Source: Candidatus Omnitrophota bacterium (GTDB lineage: Bacteria > Omnitrophota > Gorgyraeia > Zapsychrales > Fredricksoniimonadaceae). Taken from it: 64,000 nt of DNA. The stretch covers positions 13,492 to 77,491 of the forward strand of contig JBGAJA010000007.1 of assembly GCA_044225175.1 (NCBI GenBank), given 5' to 3'. Position numbers and translations under genes: made by a program. The notes beneath the pieces are model-generated. The model was not told the DNA's origin, made no database searches, and saw only the letters and a program-made list of their open reading frames with translations. Shown here piece after piece: positions 34,189-44,365 of the stretch; the first letter of the stretch is position 1, and every line of letters starts with the position of its first letter.

Positions 34189-34584
34189 ATGCCAAGAATT
34201 TTAGGTATTGACCTACCCAAAGAAAAACGTATTGAAGCTGCTTTGCCATACATCTATGGTATTGGTTTAACAAGATCTAAAGAAATTTTAACTCAAGCTA
34301 AGATTAGCGGAGATAAGCGTGCTAAAGATTTGACCGAAGAAGAAATCTCTCGAATTACTAGTATTGTTCAAAAGAGTTTTGTTACTGAAGGGGACTTAAG
34401 AAGAGATATTAATGAAAATATTCGTCGACATATGGAAATAGGAACTTACCGCGGATTACGTCATCGTAAAGGTTTGCCTTGTCGTGGCCAAAGAACCAAA
34501 ACAAATGCCAGAACACGAAAAGGTAAGAAGCCAGTTGTTGGTCATATTATTAAGAAGGAAGCCGCACCAGCTAAAAAAGGATAA
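34189..34584 (+). CDS. rpsM: 30S ribosomal protein S13
   Basis: [26 protein letters not shown]. Confidence 0.95.
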   Translation: MPRILGIDLPKEKRIEAALPYIYGIGLTRSKEILTQAKISGDKRAKDLTEEEISRITSIVQKSFVTEGDLRRDINENIRRHMEIGTYRGLRHRKGLPCRGQRTKTNARTRKGKKPVVGHIIKKEAAPAKKG

Positions 34585-34592
34585 TTTTATTT

Positions 34593-35018
34593 ATGGCAAC
34601 AAAACCAGCAGATAAAGATAACGCAATTGTCAATAAAAAGACAGCTAAAGCCAAGAAGAAATCCCTCAAAGGGATCACTTCAGGAATCGCAACAATTCAA
34701 GCAACATTCAACAATACAATCGTAACTATTGCAGATAAACAAGGAAACGCCATTGTCTGGGCTTCTCCAGGGTTGGTTGGTTTCAGTGGTTCTAAGAAAT
34801 CAACACCTTTTGCTGCTCAAATTGCTGCTACAGATGCAGCAAGAAGAGCTAAAGAGCTTGGGCTTATGAGTGTAGATATATTAGTAAAAGGGCCAGGTTC
34901 TGGTCGTGAATCAGCGATACGTGCAATTTCTGCTGCTGGAATTTCGGTGACATCTATTAGAGATATCACACCTATTCCGCATAATGGTTGCCGTGCACGC
35001 AAAAAGAGAAGGGTTTAA
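34593..35018 (+). CDS. rpsK: 30S ribosomal protein S11
   Basis: ...[29 protein letters not shown]... Confidence 0.95.
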   Translation: MATKPADKDNAIVNKKTAKAKKKSLKGITSGIATIQATFNNTIVTIADKQGNAIVWASPGLVGFSGSKKSTPFAAQIAATDAARRAKELGLMSVDILVKGPGSGRESAIRAISAAGISVTSIRDITPIPHNGCRARKKRRV

Positions 35019-35031
35019 GGGGAGATTTTTT

Positions 35032-35640
35032 ATGGGTAGATATATTGGTCCACGTTGTCGTTTAATGAGAAGAGAAGGAACTAATCTCGACTTAAAGAAG
35101 AATTGGTCGCTTGAGAGACGCGAATCTCCTCCTGGACAGCACGGTCTTCAAAAAACAAAGCTTTCTAACTACGGTGTTCAGTTAAGAGAAAAACAAAAAG
35201 CTAAGCGTTATTATGGTATTTTAGAAAAGCAATTTAGAAATTATTTCAGAAAAGCAGCATCTTCCAAAGGTGTTACTGGCCACACATTATTACAATTTTT
35301 AGAAGTTCGTTTGGATAATGTGGTTTATCAAATGGGATTCGCTTTGACTCGTTCACAAGCTCGCCAAATGGTAAGTCATGCCCTGGTTAGACTTAATGGT
35401 AAGAAAGTAGATATTCCATCTATTCAAGTTAAACCTAATGATGTTATTACTATTAAAGATAAACCTGCAACAGTAAAGTTAGCTCAAACTAATATTGAAT
35501 TAAATAAAGGTTGGGCGGCTCCTGCATGGTTAGAAGTTAATGCTGATAAGTTAACAGGCAAAGTTGTTCGTTTGCCAATGCGTGAAGATATTAAAGCGCC
35601 AGTTAATGAACAGTTAATTGTTGAATTGTATTCAAGGTAA
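35032..35640 (+). CDS. rpsD: 30S ribosomal protein S4 (start at the ATG at 35032)
   Basis: MGRYIGPRCRLMRREGTNL...; S4 domain. Confidence 0.93.
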   Translation: MGRYIGPRCRLMRREGTNLDLKKNWSLERRESPPGQHGLQKTKLSNYGVQLREKQKAKRYYGILEKQFRNYFRKAASSKGVTGHTLLQFLEVRLDNVVYQMGFALTRSQARQMVSHALVRLNGKKVDIPSIQVKPNDVITIKDKPATVKLAQTNIELNKGWAAPAWLEVNADKLTGKVVRLPMREDIKAPVNEQLIVELYSR

Positions 35641-35705
35641 CAGTACAGACGCAGCATTGCTACGTCTCAACATTTATTAATTCGTATGACCTTCTCCGCC
35701 ATAGG

Positions 35706-35740
35706 CGGATCCGCCTCCGGTGGAGACCCAAGAAGGGGAC
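35706..35740 (+). promoter_or_regulatory. Two-hairpin motif (CCGCC-nnn-GGCGG plus a second 6-bp hairpin) in the rpsD-rpoA spacer; copy 1 of 2
   Basis: ctccgccataggcggatccgcctccggtggag; the same architecture, with compensatory substitutions, occurs at 49843..49872. Confidence 0.4.
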
Positions 35741-35759
35741 ATAAAACAAGGAGAATATC

Positions 35760-36752
35760 ATGGGTGTAAAATGGCGCGATTTTCAAATGCCTAAAAGATT
35801 AGATTGTGATGAATCTAGCTACACAACGACATATGGCAAATTTGTTGCTGAACCATTTGAACGTGGTTATGGCGTTACTTTAGGAAATTCTTTACGTCGT
35901 ATTTTGTTGTCTTCCATCGAAGGTTCTGCAGTCACTGCAATTCGTATTGAAGGCGTTTCTCATGAATTTTCCACTCTTCCTGGAGTGCTAGAGGCTGTTA
36001 CAGAGATTGTGTTGAACGTCAAAGGTTTAGTTGTCCGTTCACATTCAAAGGCACCTAAAAGTGTTTATATTAAAGCTAATAAAAAAGGTGAGATCAAAGC
36101 TAAAGACGTCATTTTTGATGAGGTTATTGAAGTTTTGAATCCTGAACATCATATTGCAACTTTAACGCAAGATATTCCTTTTAATATGGAGCTAGAAATC
36201 TCTCGTGGTCGTGGGTATGTGCCTGCAGATCAAAACAAAAGAGAAGGTTCTCCAGTTGGAACTATTGCAATTGATTCCATTTTTACACCTATTGAAAAAG
36301 TTAATTTTACTGTAGAAAATACACGTGTTGGACAAAGAACAGATTATGATCGTTTGATTCTTGAAATTCATACCAATGCGGCCATTAATCCCAAAGAAGC
36401 CCTTTTATATGGAGCTAATATTCTTCAACGCCATTTGGATGTGTTTGTTTCTTATGGTCAGCTTCCAGAAGAAGATGTGGAAGAAGAAGAAATTTCTGCA
36501 GAAGAAGAAGCTTTATATACCAAATTACGTTTACCAATTTCTGAGTTGGAATTATCAGTTCGTTCCTCCAATTGTCTTAAAGATGCAAACATCAAGACAA
36601 TTGGCGATTTAGTTCGTCGTCAAGAACCAGAACTTTTGGAATTCCGCAATTTTGGTAAGAAATCATTGACCGAAATCGGTGACATTCTTAAGGCCATGGG
36701 GCTTTCATTAGGAATGAAGGTTGATACGAAAAAATTGAAATCCAAGGCCTAA
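35760..36752 (+). CDS. rpoA: DNA-directed RNA polymerase subunit alpha
   Basis: N-terminal dimerisation domain ([17 protein letters not shown]) and a C-terminal domain. Confidence 0.95.
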   Translation: MGVKWRDFQMPKRLDCDESSYTTTYGKFVAEPFERGYGVTLGNSLRRILLSSIEGSAVTAIRIEGVSHEFSTLPGVLEAVTEIVLNVKGLVVRSHSKAPKSVYIKANKKGEIKAKDVIFDEVIEVLNPEHHIATLTQDIPFNMELEISRGRGYVPADQNKREGSPVGTIAIDSIFTPIEKVNFTVENTRVGQRTDYDRLILEIHTNAAINPKEALLYGANILQRHLDVFVSYGQLPEEDVEEEEISAEEEALYTKLRLPISELELSVRSSNCLKDANIKTIGDLVRRQEPELLEFRNFGKKSLTEIGDILKAMGLSLGMKVDTKKLKSKA

Positions 36753-36778
36753 GTAAGGGCTAAAGAGTAAGAGGCAAT

Positions 36779-37330
36779 ATGAGACACAAAGTATCGGGAA
36801 ATCGTTTAAGTCGAAATCAGAGTTTACTTAAAGCTACTTTGCGTGATTTAGCGAAGTCTGTTTTGATTGATCAGCGTATATGTACCACACGTTCTAAAGC
36901 AAAAGAAGGGCGTAAGCTGGTTGAAAAATTAATTACATTGGCAAAAAAAGACACTTTGGATGCGCGTCGTCGTGCTTTTGCGATTCTTTGTGATCATGCT
37001 TTAGTTTCCTCTCTTTTTAAAGAAACTGCTCCACGCTTTAAAAATAGAATGGGTGGCTATACTCGTATAATCCCTTTCAATAAGCGTATGGGAGACAATG
37101 CTGAGATGGTGTTTTTAGAATTAACTGAAAAAGATAGAACTATTATTAGTGGTCAGAAAATCAGTAAATCGACCAAAGATAAAGTTGCTAATAAAGTCGA
37201 AGATGCTCAAACAAAACCTGTTATAGAAAAGCCTGAGCATCATAAGGATGACATTAAAGCTGCTACCAAGACTGCGGCAAAACCAACTGGAACAAGAAAA
37301 TTGTTTCAGCGTAAAACGGGTAGTGAGTAA
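36779..37330 (+). CDS. rplQ: 50S ribosomal protein L17 with a ~60-aa C-terminal extension
   Basis: MRHKVSGNRLSRNQSLLKATLRDL... Confidence 0.9.
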   Translation: MRHKVSGNRLSRNQSLLKATLRDLAKSVLIDQRICTTRSKAKEGRKLVEKLITLAKKDTLDARRRAFAILCDHALVSSLFKETAPRFKNRMGGYTRIIPFNKRMGDNAEMVFLELTEKDRTIISGQKISKSTKDKVANKVEDAQTKPVIEKPEHHKDDIKAATKTAAKPTGTRKLFQRKTGSE

Positions 37331-37351
37331 AGTTATAGATTAGTATAAAAA

Positions 37352-37380
37352 CCCTCCTAGAACATAGGAGGGTTTTTTTA
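37352..37380 (+). terminator. Rho-independent terminator after rplQ
   Basis: Stem ccctccta-gaaca-taggaggg followed by ttttttt. Confidence 0.8.
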
Positions 37381-37442
37381 TTGTTATTTAAAAGAGTAAT
37401 TTTTACTATACTCGACAGAAAGGATTTGATATATTAACCGCC

Positions 37443-38624
37443 ATGCTTAAAATCAATCGTAGAATCAAAGATATCGTCGGTTCAACCACACTTGCAATCA
37501 CCGCTCGCGCTAAAGAATTAGCTTCTCAAGGTCATGATGTTGTTAATTTTGGAGCAGGGGAGCCAGATTTTGATACTCCAGATTTTATTAAAGAAGCTGG
37601 AATCAAAGCAATCAAAAGTGGTGTCACCAAATACACTCCTTCCATTGGAACTCAAGAATTAAGAGAAGCAATCGCAGCTAAATTTCAAAGAGATAACAAT
37701 CTGACCTATAAGCCAAGCCAAATTGTAGTTTCTTGCGGTGCTAAACATTCTTTATTTAACATTATTCAAGTTCTTGTTGACGACGACGACGAAGTTATTT
37801 TTCAAGCACCTTATTGGGTGAGTTATCCTGAGATGGTAAAAGCAGCTGGTGGAAAATCTGTCATTATTCAAACTAACGCCTCCACAGGCTATAAGATCAC
37901 GGCAGATCTTTTAAAAAAGAACATTACCTCTAAAACCAAGATTCTCATCATTAATTCACCTTCAAATCCAACAGGCGTTATGTACACACAGCAAGAACTT
38001 GCTGCAATTGCAAAAGTCTGTGTGGAGCATAAGATTTACGTTATTAGTGATGAAATTTACGAAAAGCTGATCTATGATGATGATATTAAATTTTGTTCGA
38101 TTGCTTCTTTGGGAAATGAGATTTTTGATTTAACCATCACCGTAAACGGTGTCTCAAAGGCATACGCAATGACCGGTTGGCGTATTGGTTATGCGGCAGG
38201 TCCCGTTGAAATTATGGAATACATTAAGAAATACCAAGACCACTCTACTTCAAATCCAACCTCCATTAGCCAAGCAGCAGCTGTAGCGGCTCTGGGTGCT
38301 TCGAATGATACAATTGATGCTATGTGTAAAGTTTTTAAAGGGCGTCGGGATTTAATCCTTCAATGTTTAGATCAAATTCCTCAGATCAGCTATATTCGGC
38401 CTCAAGGGGCTTTTTATGTGTTTTGTGACGTGTCTAAGGTTACAGATGGCAATACTATGGCTAAAGCCATGTTAGATGATATTAAAGTCGCTGTAATACC
38501 TGGTGATGGTTTTGGAACTCCCCAGTTTATTCGTTTGAGTTTTGCAACTTCTGAAGTCAAAATCAAGGAAGGTGTAAGTCGTATAGGTTCTTGGATTCAA
38601 TCTAATTCTAAACAAAAGAAATAA
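37443..38624 (+). CDS. Pyridoxal-phosphate-dependent aminotransferase, class I (aspartate aminotransferase-like)
   Basis: NSPSNPTG, SKAYAMTGWRIGY (PLP-lysine region). Confidence 0.8.
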   Translation: MLKINRRIKDIVGSTTLAITARAKELASQGHDVVNFGAGEPDFDTPDFIKEAGIKAIKSGVTKYTPSIGTQELREAIAAKFQRDNNLTYKPSQIVVSCGAKHSLFNIIQVLVDDDDEVIFQAPYWVSYPEMVKAAGGKSVIIQTNASTGYKITADLLKKNITSKTKILIINSPSNPTGVMYTQQELAAIAKVCVEHKIYVISDEIYEKLIYDDDIKFCSIASLGNEIFDLTITVNGVSKAYAMTGWRIGYAAGPVEIMEYIKKYQDHSTSNPTSISQAAAVAALGASNDTIDAMCKVFKGRRDLILQCLDQIPQISYIRPQGAFYVFCDVSKVTDGNTMAKAMLDDIKVAVIPGDGFGTPQFIRLSFATSEVKIKEGVSRIGSWIQSNSKQKK

Positions 38625-38627
38625 ATT

Positions 38628-39698
38628 ATGAGTAAACTGAATGCTTTGCGTGAATTGCTTCTTCTAACCATCCAAAAAGGTGCTTCAGATCTTCATTTAA
38701 CTGAAAATACTCCTCCAATTTTACGTATTGATGGCGCTTTAGTTAAGACGGACCATGCGCCTTTAAACCGCGAACAATTACAAGAGCTTATTTTTGATAG
38801 TCTTTCTCCCAATCAAATGAAAATATTTGAAGAAGCAAAGGAGCTTGATTTTTCACTGGCCCTCAGCGGCTTGGATCGTTTTCGTGTGAATGTTCATATG
38901 CAAAGAGGAGTTGTCGAGGCAGCGCTGCGACGTGTTTCATTATTTATCCCCTCTATGGAAGAATTGCAATTACCTTCAATTGTGGGTGATCTGGCTCGTA
39001 AACAAAATGGCCTGGTATTGTTAACGGGGGCAACTGGTACAGGTAAAAGTACAACCATGGCCTCCATGATTAACTTAATCAATACCGAACGTTCTTGCGT
39101 CATTGTAAGTATTGAAGATCCTATCGAATACGTTCATCCTAATAAAAAATCTATCATTAAACAGCGTGAAGTTTATCGTGATACCCATTCTTTTGCTGAA
39201 GCGCTTCGTCGATGCTTGCGTCAGGACCCTGATGTTATTGTAGTAGGGGAAATGAGAGACTTAGAAACCATCTCAACGGCTTTAACTGCTGCTGAAACAG
39301 GCCACTTAGTTTTAGCAACGCTTCACACACCAGATGCTCCTCAGACAATTGAACGTATTATTGACGTTTTTCCTCCATATCAGCAACAACAGGTTCGTCT
39401 CCAGTTAGCGGCAGCGTTGCAGGGAATCATTTCCCAGCAATTGGTCCCCAGAGCTTCTGGAAAAGGAAGAATCATGATTCCTGAAATAATGACCGCCACA
39501 ACAGGGGTTCGTAACATGATCCGTGAACAGCAGGTCGAACAATTACGTACAGCAATTCAAACAGGGGCCCAGTATGGGATGAAGACCATGGATAAATCAC
39601 TCAAAGAAGCCTATGAAAAAGGACTTATCACGTACGAAACAGCAATAACCTATGCTCACAATATTGATGAGCTCAAAAGTTTATTAGGAAGAAGGTAA
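38628..39698 (+). CDS. pilT: Type IV pilus retraction ATPase PilT (twitching motility)
   Basis: 356 aa; Walker A GATGTGKSTT; secretion-ATPase Asp/His boxes. Confidence 0.8.
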   Translation: MSKLNALRELLLLTIQKGASDLHLTENTPPILRIDGALVKTDHAPLNREQLQELIFDSLSPNQMKIFEEAKELDFSLALSGLDRFRVNVHMQRGVVEAALRRVSLFIPSMEELQLPSIVGDLARKQNGLVLLTGATGTGKSTTMASMINLINTERSCVIVSIEDPIEYVHPNKKSIIKQREVYRDTHSFAEALRRCLRQDPDVIVVGEMRDLETISTALTAAETGHLVLATLHTPDAPQTIERIIDVFPPYQQQQVRLQLAAALQGIISQQLVPRASGKGRIMIPEIMTATTGVRNMIREQQVEQLRTAIQTGAQYGMKTMDKSLKEAYEKGLITYETAITYAHNIDELKSLLGRR

Positions 39699-39701
39699 AA
39701 T

Positions 39702-40781
39702 ATGGCACACAAAGTTACACTCTTACCAGGTGATGGAATCGGACCCGAAGTAACCAATGCAATGAAGTTATGCGTGGAAGCAACAGGTGTCAAAATTGAT
39801 TGGGATGTTCAAGAAGTTGGTGAGAAATCCATGGCTAAACATGGTAAACCTTTAACAGATGAGGTTTTAGATTCTATTCGTCGCAATAAAACTGCAATCA
39901 AAGGGCCAATAACGACTCCAATTGGAAAAGGTTTCAGATCTGTGAATGTTCAATTGCGTCAATCATTGGATCTTTTTGCCTGCGTTCGTCCTTGCGTGTA
40001 CTATGAAGGTACTAAGACTCCAATTAAAAATGTAAATTTGCTGATCTTTCGTGAAAACACCGAAGATCTTTATGCTGGAGTTGAATTTGATATCAACACT
40101 CCAGAAGTGGACCGTCTACGTAATCTTATTAACGAAATGTCTGCTAAGAAGGTTAAGGAAGACACAGCAATTTCAATTAAACCAATTTCAGTGAGTGGTT
40201 CTAAGAGAATTGCTAAGTTTGCTTTTGATTGGGCTGTTAAGGCAGGGCGTAAGAAGATGACAGCTGTTCATAAGGCCAACATCATGAAGTTCTCCGACGG
40301 TCTTTTCCTTAAGAGTGTTTCAGAAGTAGCAGAACAATATAAAGGTAAGATCGAATTTGGTGATTGTATTGTGGATAATATGTGCATGCAGTTGGTGCAA
40401 TATACTTCTTTGTATGATTGCTTAGTGCTTCCTAATCTTTATGGAGATATTGTCTCCGACTTATGTGCTGGTTTGGTTGGAGGCTTAGGTGTTGCGCCAG
40501 GGGCTAACTATGGTGACGAGATTGCTTTATTTGAGCCTGTGCATGGATCCGCTCCTAAATATGCAGGACAAAATAAGGTTAATCCTACGGCAACCATTCT
40601 TTCAGCCGTATGGATGCTTCGCCATTTAAAAGAAGATGATGCAGCTAATCGTCTCGATAATGCAGTGAAGATTATTTTAAGGGAAGGTAAGGAAGTTACT
40701 TACGATCTTAAAGATAATAAAAATGATCCATCTGCCATTGGTACAATGCAAATGGCTGAGGCGATTTGTAGAAAGATCTAA
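39702..40781 (+). CDS. Isocitrate/3-isopropylmalate dehydrogenase family protein
   Basis: [28 protein letters not shown]. Confidence 0.8.
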   Translation: MAHKVTLLPGDGIGPEVTNAMKLCVEATGVKIDWDVQEVGEKSMAKHGKPLTDEVLDSIRRNKTAIKGPITTPIGKGFRSVNVQLRQSLDLFACVRPCVYYEGTKTPIKNVNLLIFRENTEDLYAGVEFDINTPEVDRLRNLINEMSAKKVKEDTAISIKPISVSGSKRIAKFAFDWAVKAGRKKMTAVHKANIMKFSDGLFLKSVSEVAEQYKGKIEFGDCIVDNMCMQLVQYTSLYDCLVLPNLYGDIVSDLCAGLVGGLGVAPGANYGDEIALFEPVHGSAPKYAGQNKVNPTATILSAVWMLRHLKEDDAANRLDNAVKIILREGKEVTYDLKDNKNDPSAIGTMQMAEAICRKI

Positions 40782-40807
40782 ACAATTGAATTGAATGGAT
40801 TGTCTCT

Positions 40808-40837
40808 AACCCCCTCTTTAATCAAAGAGGGGGTTTC
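40808..40837 (+). terminator. Rho-independent terminator
   Basis: ccccctcttt-aatc-aaagaggggg then tttc. Confidence 0.7.
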
Positions 40838-40851
40838 TATTAGGAACTCAG

Positions 40852-41490
40852 ATGGACTTGCTTATTGAAGATTGGGGTATAATTGACTACGAGAGTGCTT
40901 TTGTGCGTCAAAAAGAACTCGTTCAAGCTGTCATTGGGGGAGCCCAGGGCCGTTTGATTTTTTGTGAACACCCTCCGGTGCTTACCTTGGGGCGTTTATT
41001 TAAAGAAAACAGCCTTCTATACACCCATGAAGAAATTCAAGCCAAAGGAGTAAGTATTAAATCCATTGACCGTGGGGGGGATGTTACGCTTCATGCGCCG
41101 GGACAATTAGTTGTTTATGTGATTCTAGACTTGAACGTTTTGGGTAAAGATTTAAAGGTTTATCTCGAGAAACTCGAACAAGTTGCCGTTGATTTATTGA
41201 AGGATTTTGGTATATTGGCTGTAAGTATTCCGGGAAAACGTGGTGTTTTCGTCAAGCGAGATAAGATTATTTCAATCGGCATTGGAGTTCGCAAATGGGT
41301 CAGTTATCATGGCCTAGGCATTAATGTAAATACAGATCTTTCTTTATTCTCTTTAATCAAGCCCTGTGGTTTAGATGTGAACATGACCTCTCTCTCAAAA
41401 CTACTGGGGCGCTCAGTTGACATGTCAAAAGTAAAAAATAAATGGATTGAGCATTTTAATCGAGTTTTTAAGGTTAATAGTCGCATATGA
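40852..41490 (+). CDS. lipB: Octanoyltransferase (lipoyl(octanoyl) transferase) LipB
   Basis: BPL/LPL catalytic domain motifs (GGDVTLHAPGQLVVY, RKWVSYHGLGINV). Confidence 0.8.
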   Translation: MDLLIEDWGIIDYESAFVRQKELVQAVIGGAQGRLIFCEHPPVLTLGRLFKENSLLYTHEEIQAKGVSIKSIDRGGDVTLHAPGQLVVYVILDLNVLGKDLKVYLEKLEQVAVDLLKDFGILAVSIPGKRGVFVKRDKIISIGIGVRKWVSYHGLGINVNTDLSLFSLIKPCGLDVNMTSLSKLLGRSVDMSKVKNKWIEHFNRVFKVNSRI

Positions 41491-41717
41491 AAGAAATTAT
41501 CCTGCCAGAATTAGGTGAAGGTATTACAAAGGCTACAGTTGCCCTTTGGCATGTTAAAGAAGGCGATATTGTAAGCCAAGATGATGAAATTTGTGAAGTT
41601 ACGACGGATAAAGCAACGTTTAATGTTGAAGCTCCCGCAGCTGGACGAATAAAGTCTATTTTGATTCCAGTAGGCAAGGAAGGTCAAGTGGGCGGGGTTT
41701 TAGGATTAATAGAATAA
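41487..41717 (+). CDS. Stand-alone lipoyl/biotinyl attachment-domain protein (76 aa)
   Basis: EVTTDKATFNVEAPAAGRI has the hallmark (E/D)TDKA lysine motif. Confidence 0.65.
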   Translation: MKEIILPELGEGITKATVALWHVKEGDIVSQDDEICEVTTDKATFNVEAPAAGRIKSILIPVGKEGQVGGVLGLIE

Positions 41718-41719
41718 GT

Positions 41720-42844
41720 ATGACGCATTTCAAGCCTAAGCGTGTCCTTCTGCTATATATCTCCCAGGTTTCAGGTCATCGACATGGTGCAGTAGCCATA
41801 TCAAAGGCCCTCAAAGAGCTTAATCCTGACTGTGAAATTAAAAGTCTGAATGGATTTGGCTATACCTATCCCTTAATGGAGAAAATTATCAATACCGCAT
41901 ATATGGGGGTAATTAAACGTGCTCCTCAGATTTGGGAGTATCTTTATGATAATCCTAAGGTCATTAAAGCTTCACAGAAAATCAAAGAAAAGATCCATAA
42001 ATCTTCCCATAAGAAATTCAAACCACTTTTTGATGAATTTAAACCCGATGTCGTCGTTTGCACTCAAGCCTTTCCATGCGGCATGGTTGCAGATTTTAAG
42101 AACGAAAATAAGCTTCCTGTCAAAGTTGTCGGTGTTCTTACAGATTTTGCTCCCCATATGTATTGGCTTCATGATGGAGTAGACTATTATGTGGTTCCTT
42201 TTGAAGATGCGAAAAAAAGATACATGGACGAAGGAATTGAAGCAGATCAAATTAAAGTCTTTGGAATTCCTATCCGTACGAAATTTTCAGAAAAAGGAGA
42301 TGTACAGACAATTGCCCGTAAATTGCATTTAGATGTACAAATTCCTACTGTTCTTGTTATGGGTGGGGGACAAGGTTTGGGCCCCATGAAGGAAGCTGTC
42401 AAATCTTTGGTAGCATTAAATCGACCTTTGCAGATCATTGTGATTGCAGGAACTAATACAAAACTTTTGGCTTGGATTAAAAAGATCCAGCGTAAAACCT
42501 CTAAAAAAATCATCGCTTATGATTATGCCAATAATGTCGATGAATTAATGGAAGTTTCAACATTGATTATTACAAAGCCAGGAGGTATGACAACCTCTGA
42601 ATGCCTAGCTAAAGGGTTACCGATGGTTGTCATTGATCCAATTCCTGGACAAGAAGAACGTAACTGTGATTTTTTGGTTAAAAGTGGCATTGCTGTACGC
42701 GTATACAATAAAAAGGAAATTGCGCATTGCGTTGAAATGCTTTTGAATGACCCTGCTAAACTTCAGTCTATGAAGGAGTCTGCTTTAAAGTTTGCTCGTC
42801 CTAATGCGGCCCAAGACATTGCACGGTTGGTGCTCAGTGGGTAA
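41720..42844 (+). CDS. Glycosyltransferase, MGDG-synthase/UgtP-like (GT28 family)
   Basis: N-terminal KRVLLLYISQVSGHRHGAVAISKAL resembles the MGDG-synthase/UgtP motif (G-G-H in a Rossmann N-domain); C-terminal GT-B domain. Confidence 0.6.
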   Translation: MTHFKPKRVLLLYISQVSGHRHGAVAISKALKELNPDCEIKSLNGFGYTYPLMEKIINTAYMGVIKRAPQIWEYLYDNPKVIKASQKIKEKIHKSSHKKFKPLFDEFKPDVVVCTQAFPCGMVADFKNENKLPVKVVGVLTDFAPHMYWLHDGVDYYVVPFEDAKKRYMDEGIEADQIKVFGIPIRTKFSEKGDVQTIARKLHLDVQIPTVLVMGGGQGLGPMKEAVKSLVALNRPLQIIVIAGTNTKLLAWIKKIQRKTSKKIIAYDYANNVDELMEVSTLIITKPGGMTTSECLAKGLPMVVIDPIPGQEERNCDFLVKSGIAVRVYNKKEIAHCVEMLLNDPAKLQSMKESALKFARPNAAQDIARLVLSG

Positions 42845-43703
42845 TTATTATCTATATCAAATTGCAGCATTTATTACTCGATTTTTACCGTTGAAGGCGA
42901 GTTATGCGTTAGGTGTTTTTCTCTCCGACTGTCAGTATCTTCTTTCTAAAGCAGACAGACAAGCTGTGCGGGACAATCTTAGTATTATCCTCAAAACTCA
43001 ACAAGTACCTTCTGCCAAGGTTCGTGAAGTGTTTCATAATTTCGGAAAGTATTTGGTAGATTTCTTTACGATGACCCAGAGAGTGGACCAAGAATTTATT
43101 AAAAAATATGTGCAAATCTCTGGTGCGGAATATTTTAATGAAGCTCGTTCTCATGGAAAAGGAGGGATTTTAATAAGCGCCCACCTAGGGAATTGGGAAA
43201 TGCCGGCGGGAGTTATTAAGTATTTGGGTTATCCATTATCTGTAATTGCTTTGTCCCATCGGGATCAAAGAGTCAATGCTTTCTTTAATAAACAAAGAGA
43301 ATTCTTTGGAATCAAAGTCATTCAAACTAATGTTGCTGTTCGTCGATGCGTGGAACATCTTAAAGAGAATCGTTTGGTTGCTATTTTGGCAGATAGAGAT
43401 TTTGGGAATCATGGGATACCTATGGATTTTTTAGGAAGAAAAGCTTTAATTCCAAAGGGGGCCGCCCTTTTTTCTATTAAAACGGGAGCGCCGGTTATTC
43501 CAACGTTTTTTTTAAGAACTCCACAGGATGGTTTTAAATTTATTATCGGAAAACCTATTTATCCCTTTGTAGTATCTAAGGAGCATAAAATTACTGACAA
43601 GGATTTAGAGAGTTTTATTGAGCAATACCTTAAGAAAATTGATGAGCAAATTCAACAAAATCCGACACAGTGGTTAATATTTCGACGTTTTAATATTGTA
43701 TGA
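42837..43703 (+). CDS. Lipid A biosynthesis acyltransferase, LpxL/HtrB-like (start uncertain: GTG at 42837 or TTG at 42891)
   Basis: Motif SAHLGNWEM; length about 290 aa. Confidence 0.65.
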   Translation: MGNYYLYQIAAFITRFLPLKASYALGVFLSDCQYLLSKADRQAVRDNLSIILKTQQVPSAKVREVFHNFGKYLVDFFTMTQRVDQEFIKKYVQISGAEYFNEARSHGKGGILISAHLGNWEMPAGVIKYLGYPLSVIALSHRDQRVNAFFNKQREFFGIKVIQTNVAVRRCVEHLKENRLVAILADRDFGNHGIPMDFLGRKALIPKGAALFSIKTGAPVIPTFFLRTPQDGFKFIIGKPIYPFVVSKEHKITDKDLESFIEQYLKKIDEQIQQNPTQWLIFRRFNIV

Positions 43704-44365
43704 AAACAGCCATTCTTATTCCGGCGCATAATGAAGCTAAAGCCATTGGTTCTTTAGTCAAATCTCTTGTGGATCTTAGGTTTGATGTGATTGTTGTGGA
43801 TGATGGCTCTGTAGATGATACAGGTCTTTTAGCTAAGACGCAGGGTGCTATTGTTCTATCAACTCACAAAAAAAGTGGTAAGGGAAATGCTCTTCGTTTG
43901 GGCTTTGATTACGCAATTGTTCAGAACTATGATGCTCTTATCATGATGGATGGAGATGGACAGCATTCACCCTCAGATATTGCTTATTTTTTGGAATGTT
44001 ATGATAAAAGTCGCGTGGATATCGTTAATGGGAACCGTATGCTAAATCCTCGAGGAATGCCGTGGTTAAGGCGTGTGACCAATCATTTTATGTCAGCATT
44101 GATCTCTATGATCTGTCATCAAAGAATTGCAGATACTCAATGCGGTTTTCGATTTGTTACAACAAAAGTGCTTAAAGCGATTGAGCTTCAAAGCACTGAT
44201 TATGAAATTGAGACTGAGATTCTTATCAAGGCTAGTCGTAAAGGTTTCCGAATTGCGTCTGTACCCATTGAAAGTATTTATGGGGATGAAGTAAGTAAAA
44301 TCAATCCTTTGAAAGATACAGTTAGATTTATTCGTTATATCCTTAAAGAAATGTTTCGATCATGA
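43700..44365 (+). CDS. Family 2 glycosyltransferase (Dpm1/ArnC-like polyprenyl-phosphate glycosyltransferase)
   Basis: ILIPAHNEA...VVDDGSVDDT and the DGD.Q acceptor motif of GT2. Confidence 0.7.
   Translation: MKTAILIPAHNEAKAIGSLVKSLVDLRFDVIVVDDGSVDDTGLLAKTQGAIVLSTHKKSGKGNALRLGFDYAIVQNYDALIMMDGDGQHSPSDIAYFLECYDKSRVDIVNGNRMLNPRGMPWLRRVTNHFMSALISMICHQRIADTQCGFRFVTTKVLKAIELQSTDYEIETEILIKASRKGFRIASVPIESIYGDEVSKINPLKDTVRFIRYILKEMFRS

Noticed and set aside
36361-36612. 83-aa + strand ORF within rpoA in an alternative frame; similar cases at 30683..30877 in rplO, 52129..52326 in accB and 41919..42182 in the GT gene
   Set aside because: Out-of-frame overlaps of confidently identified genes, with no independent support.
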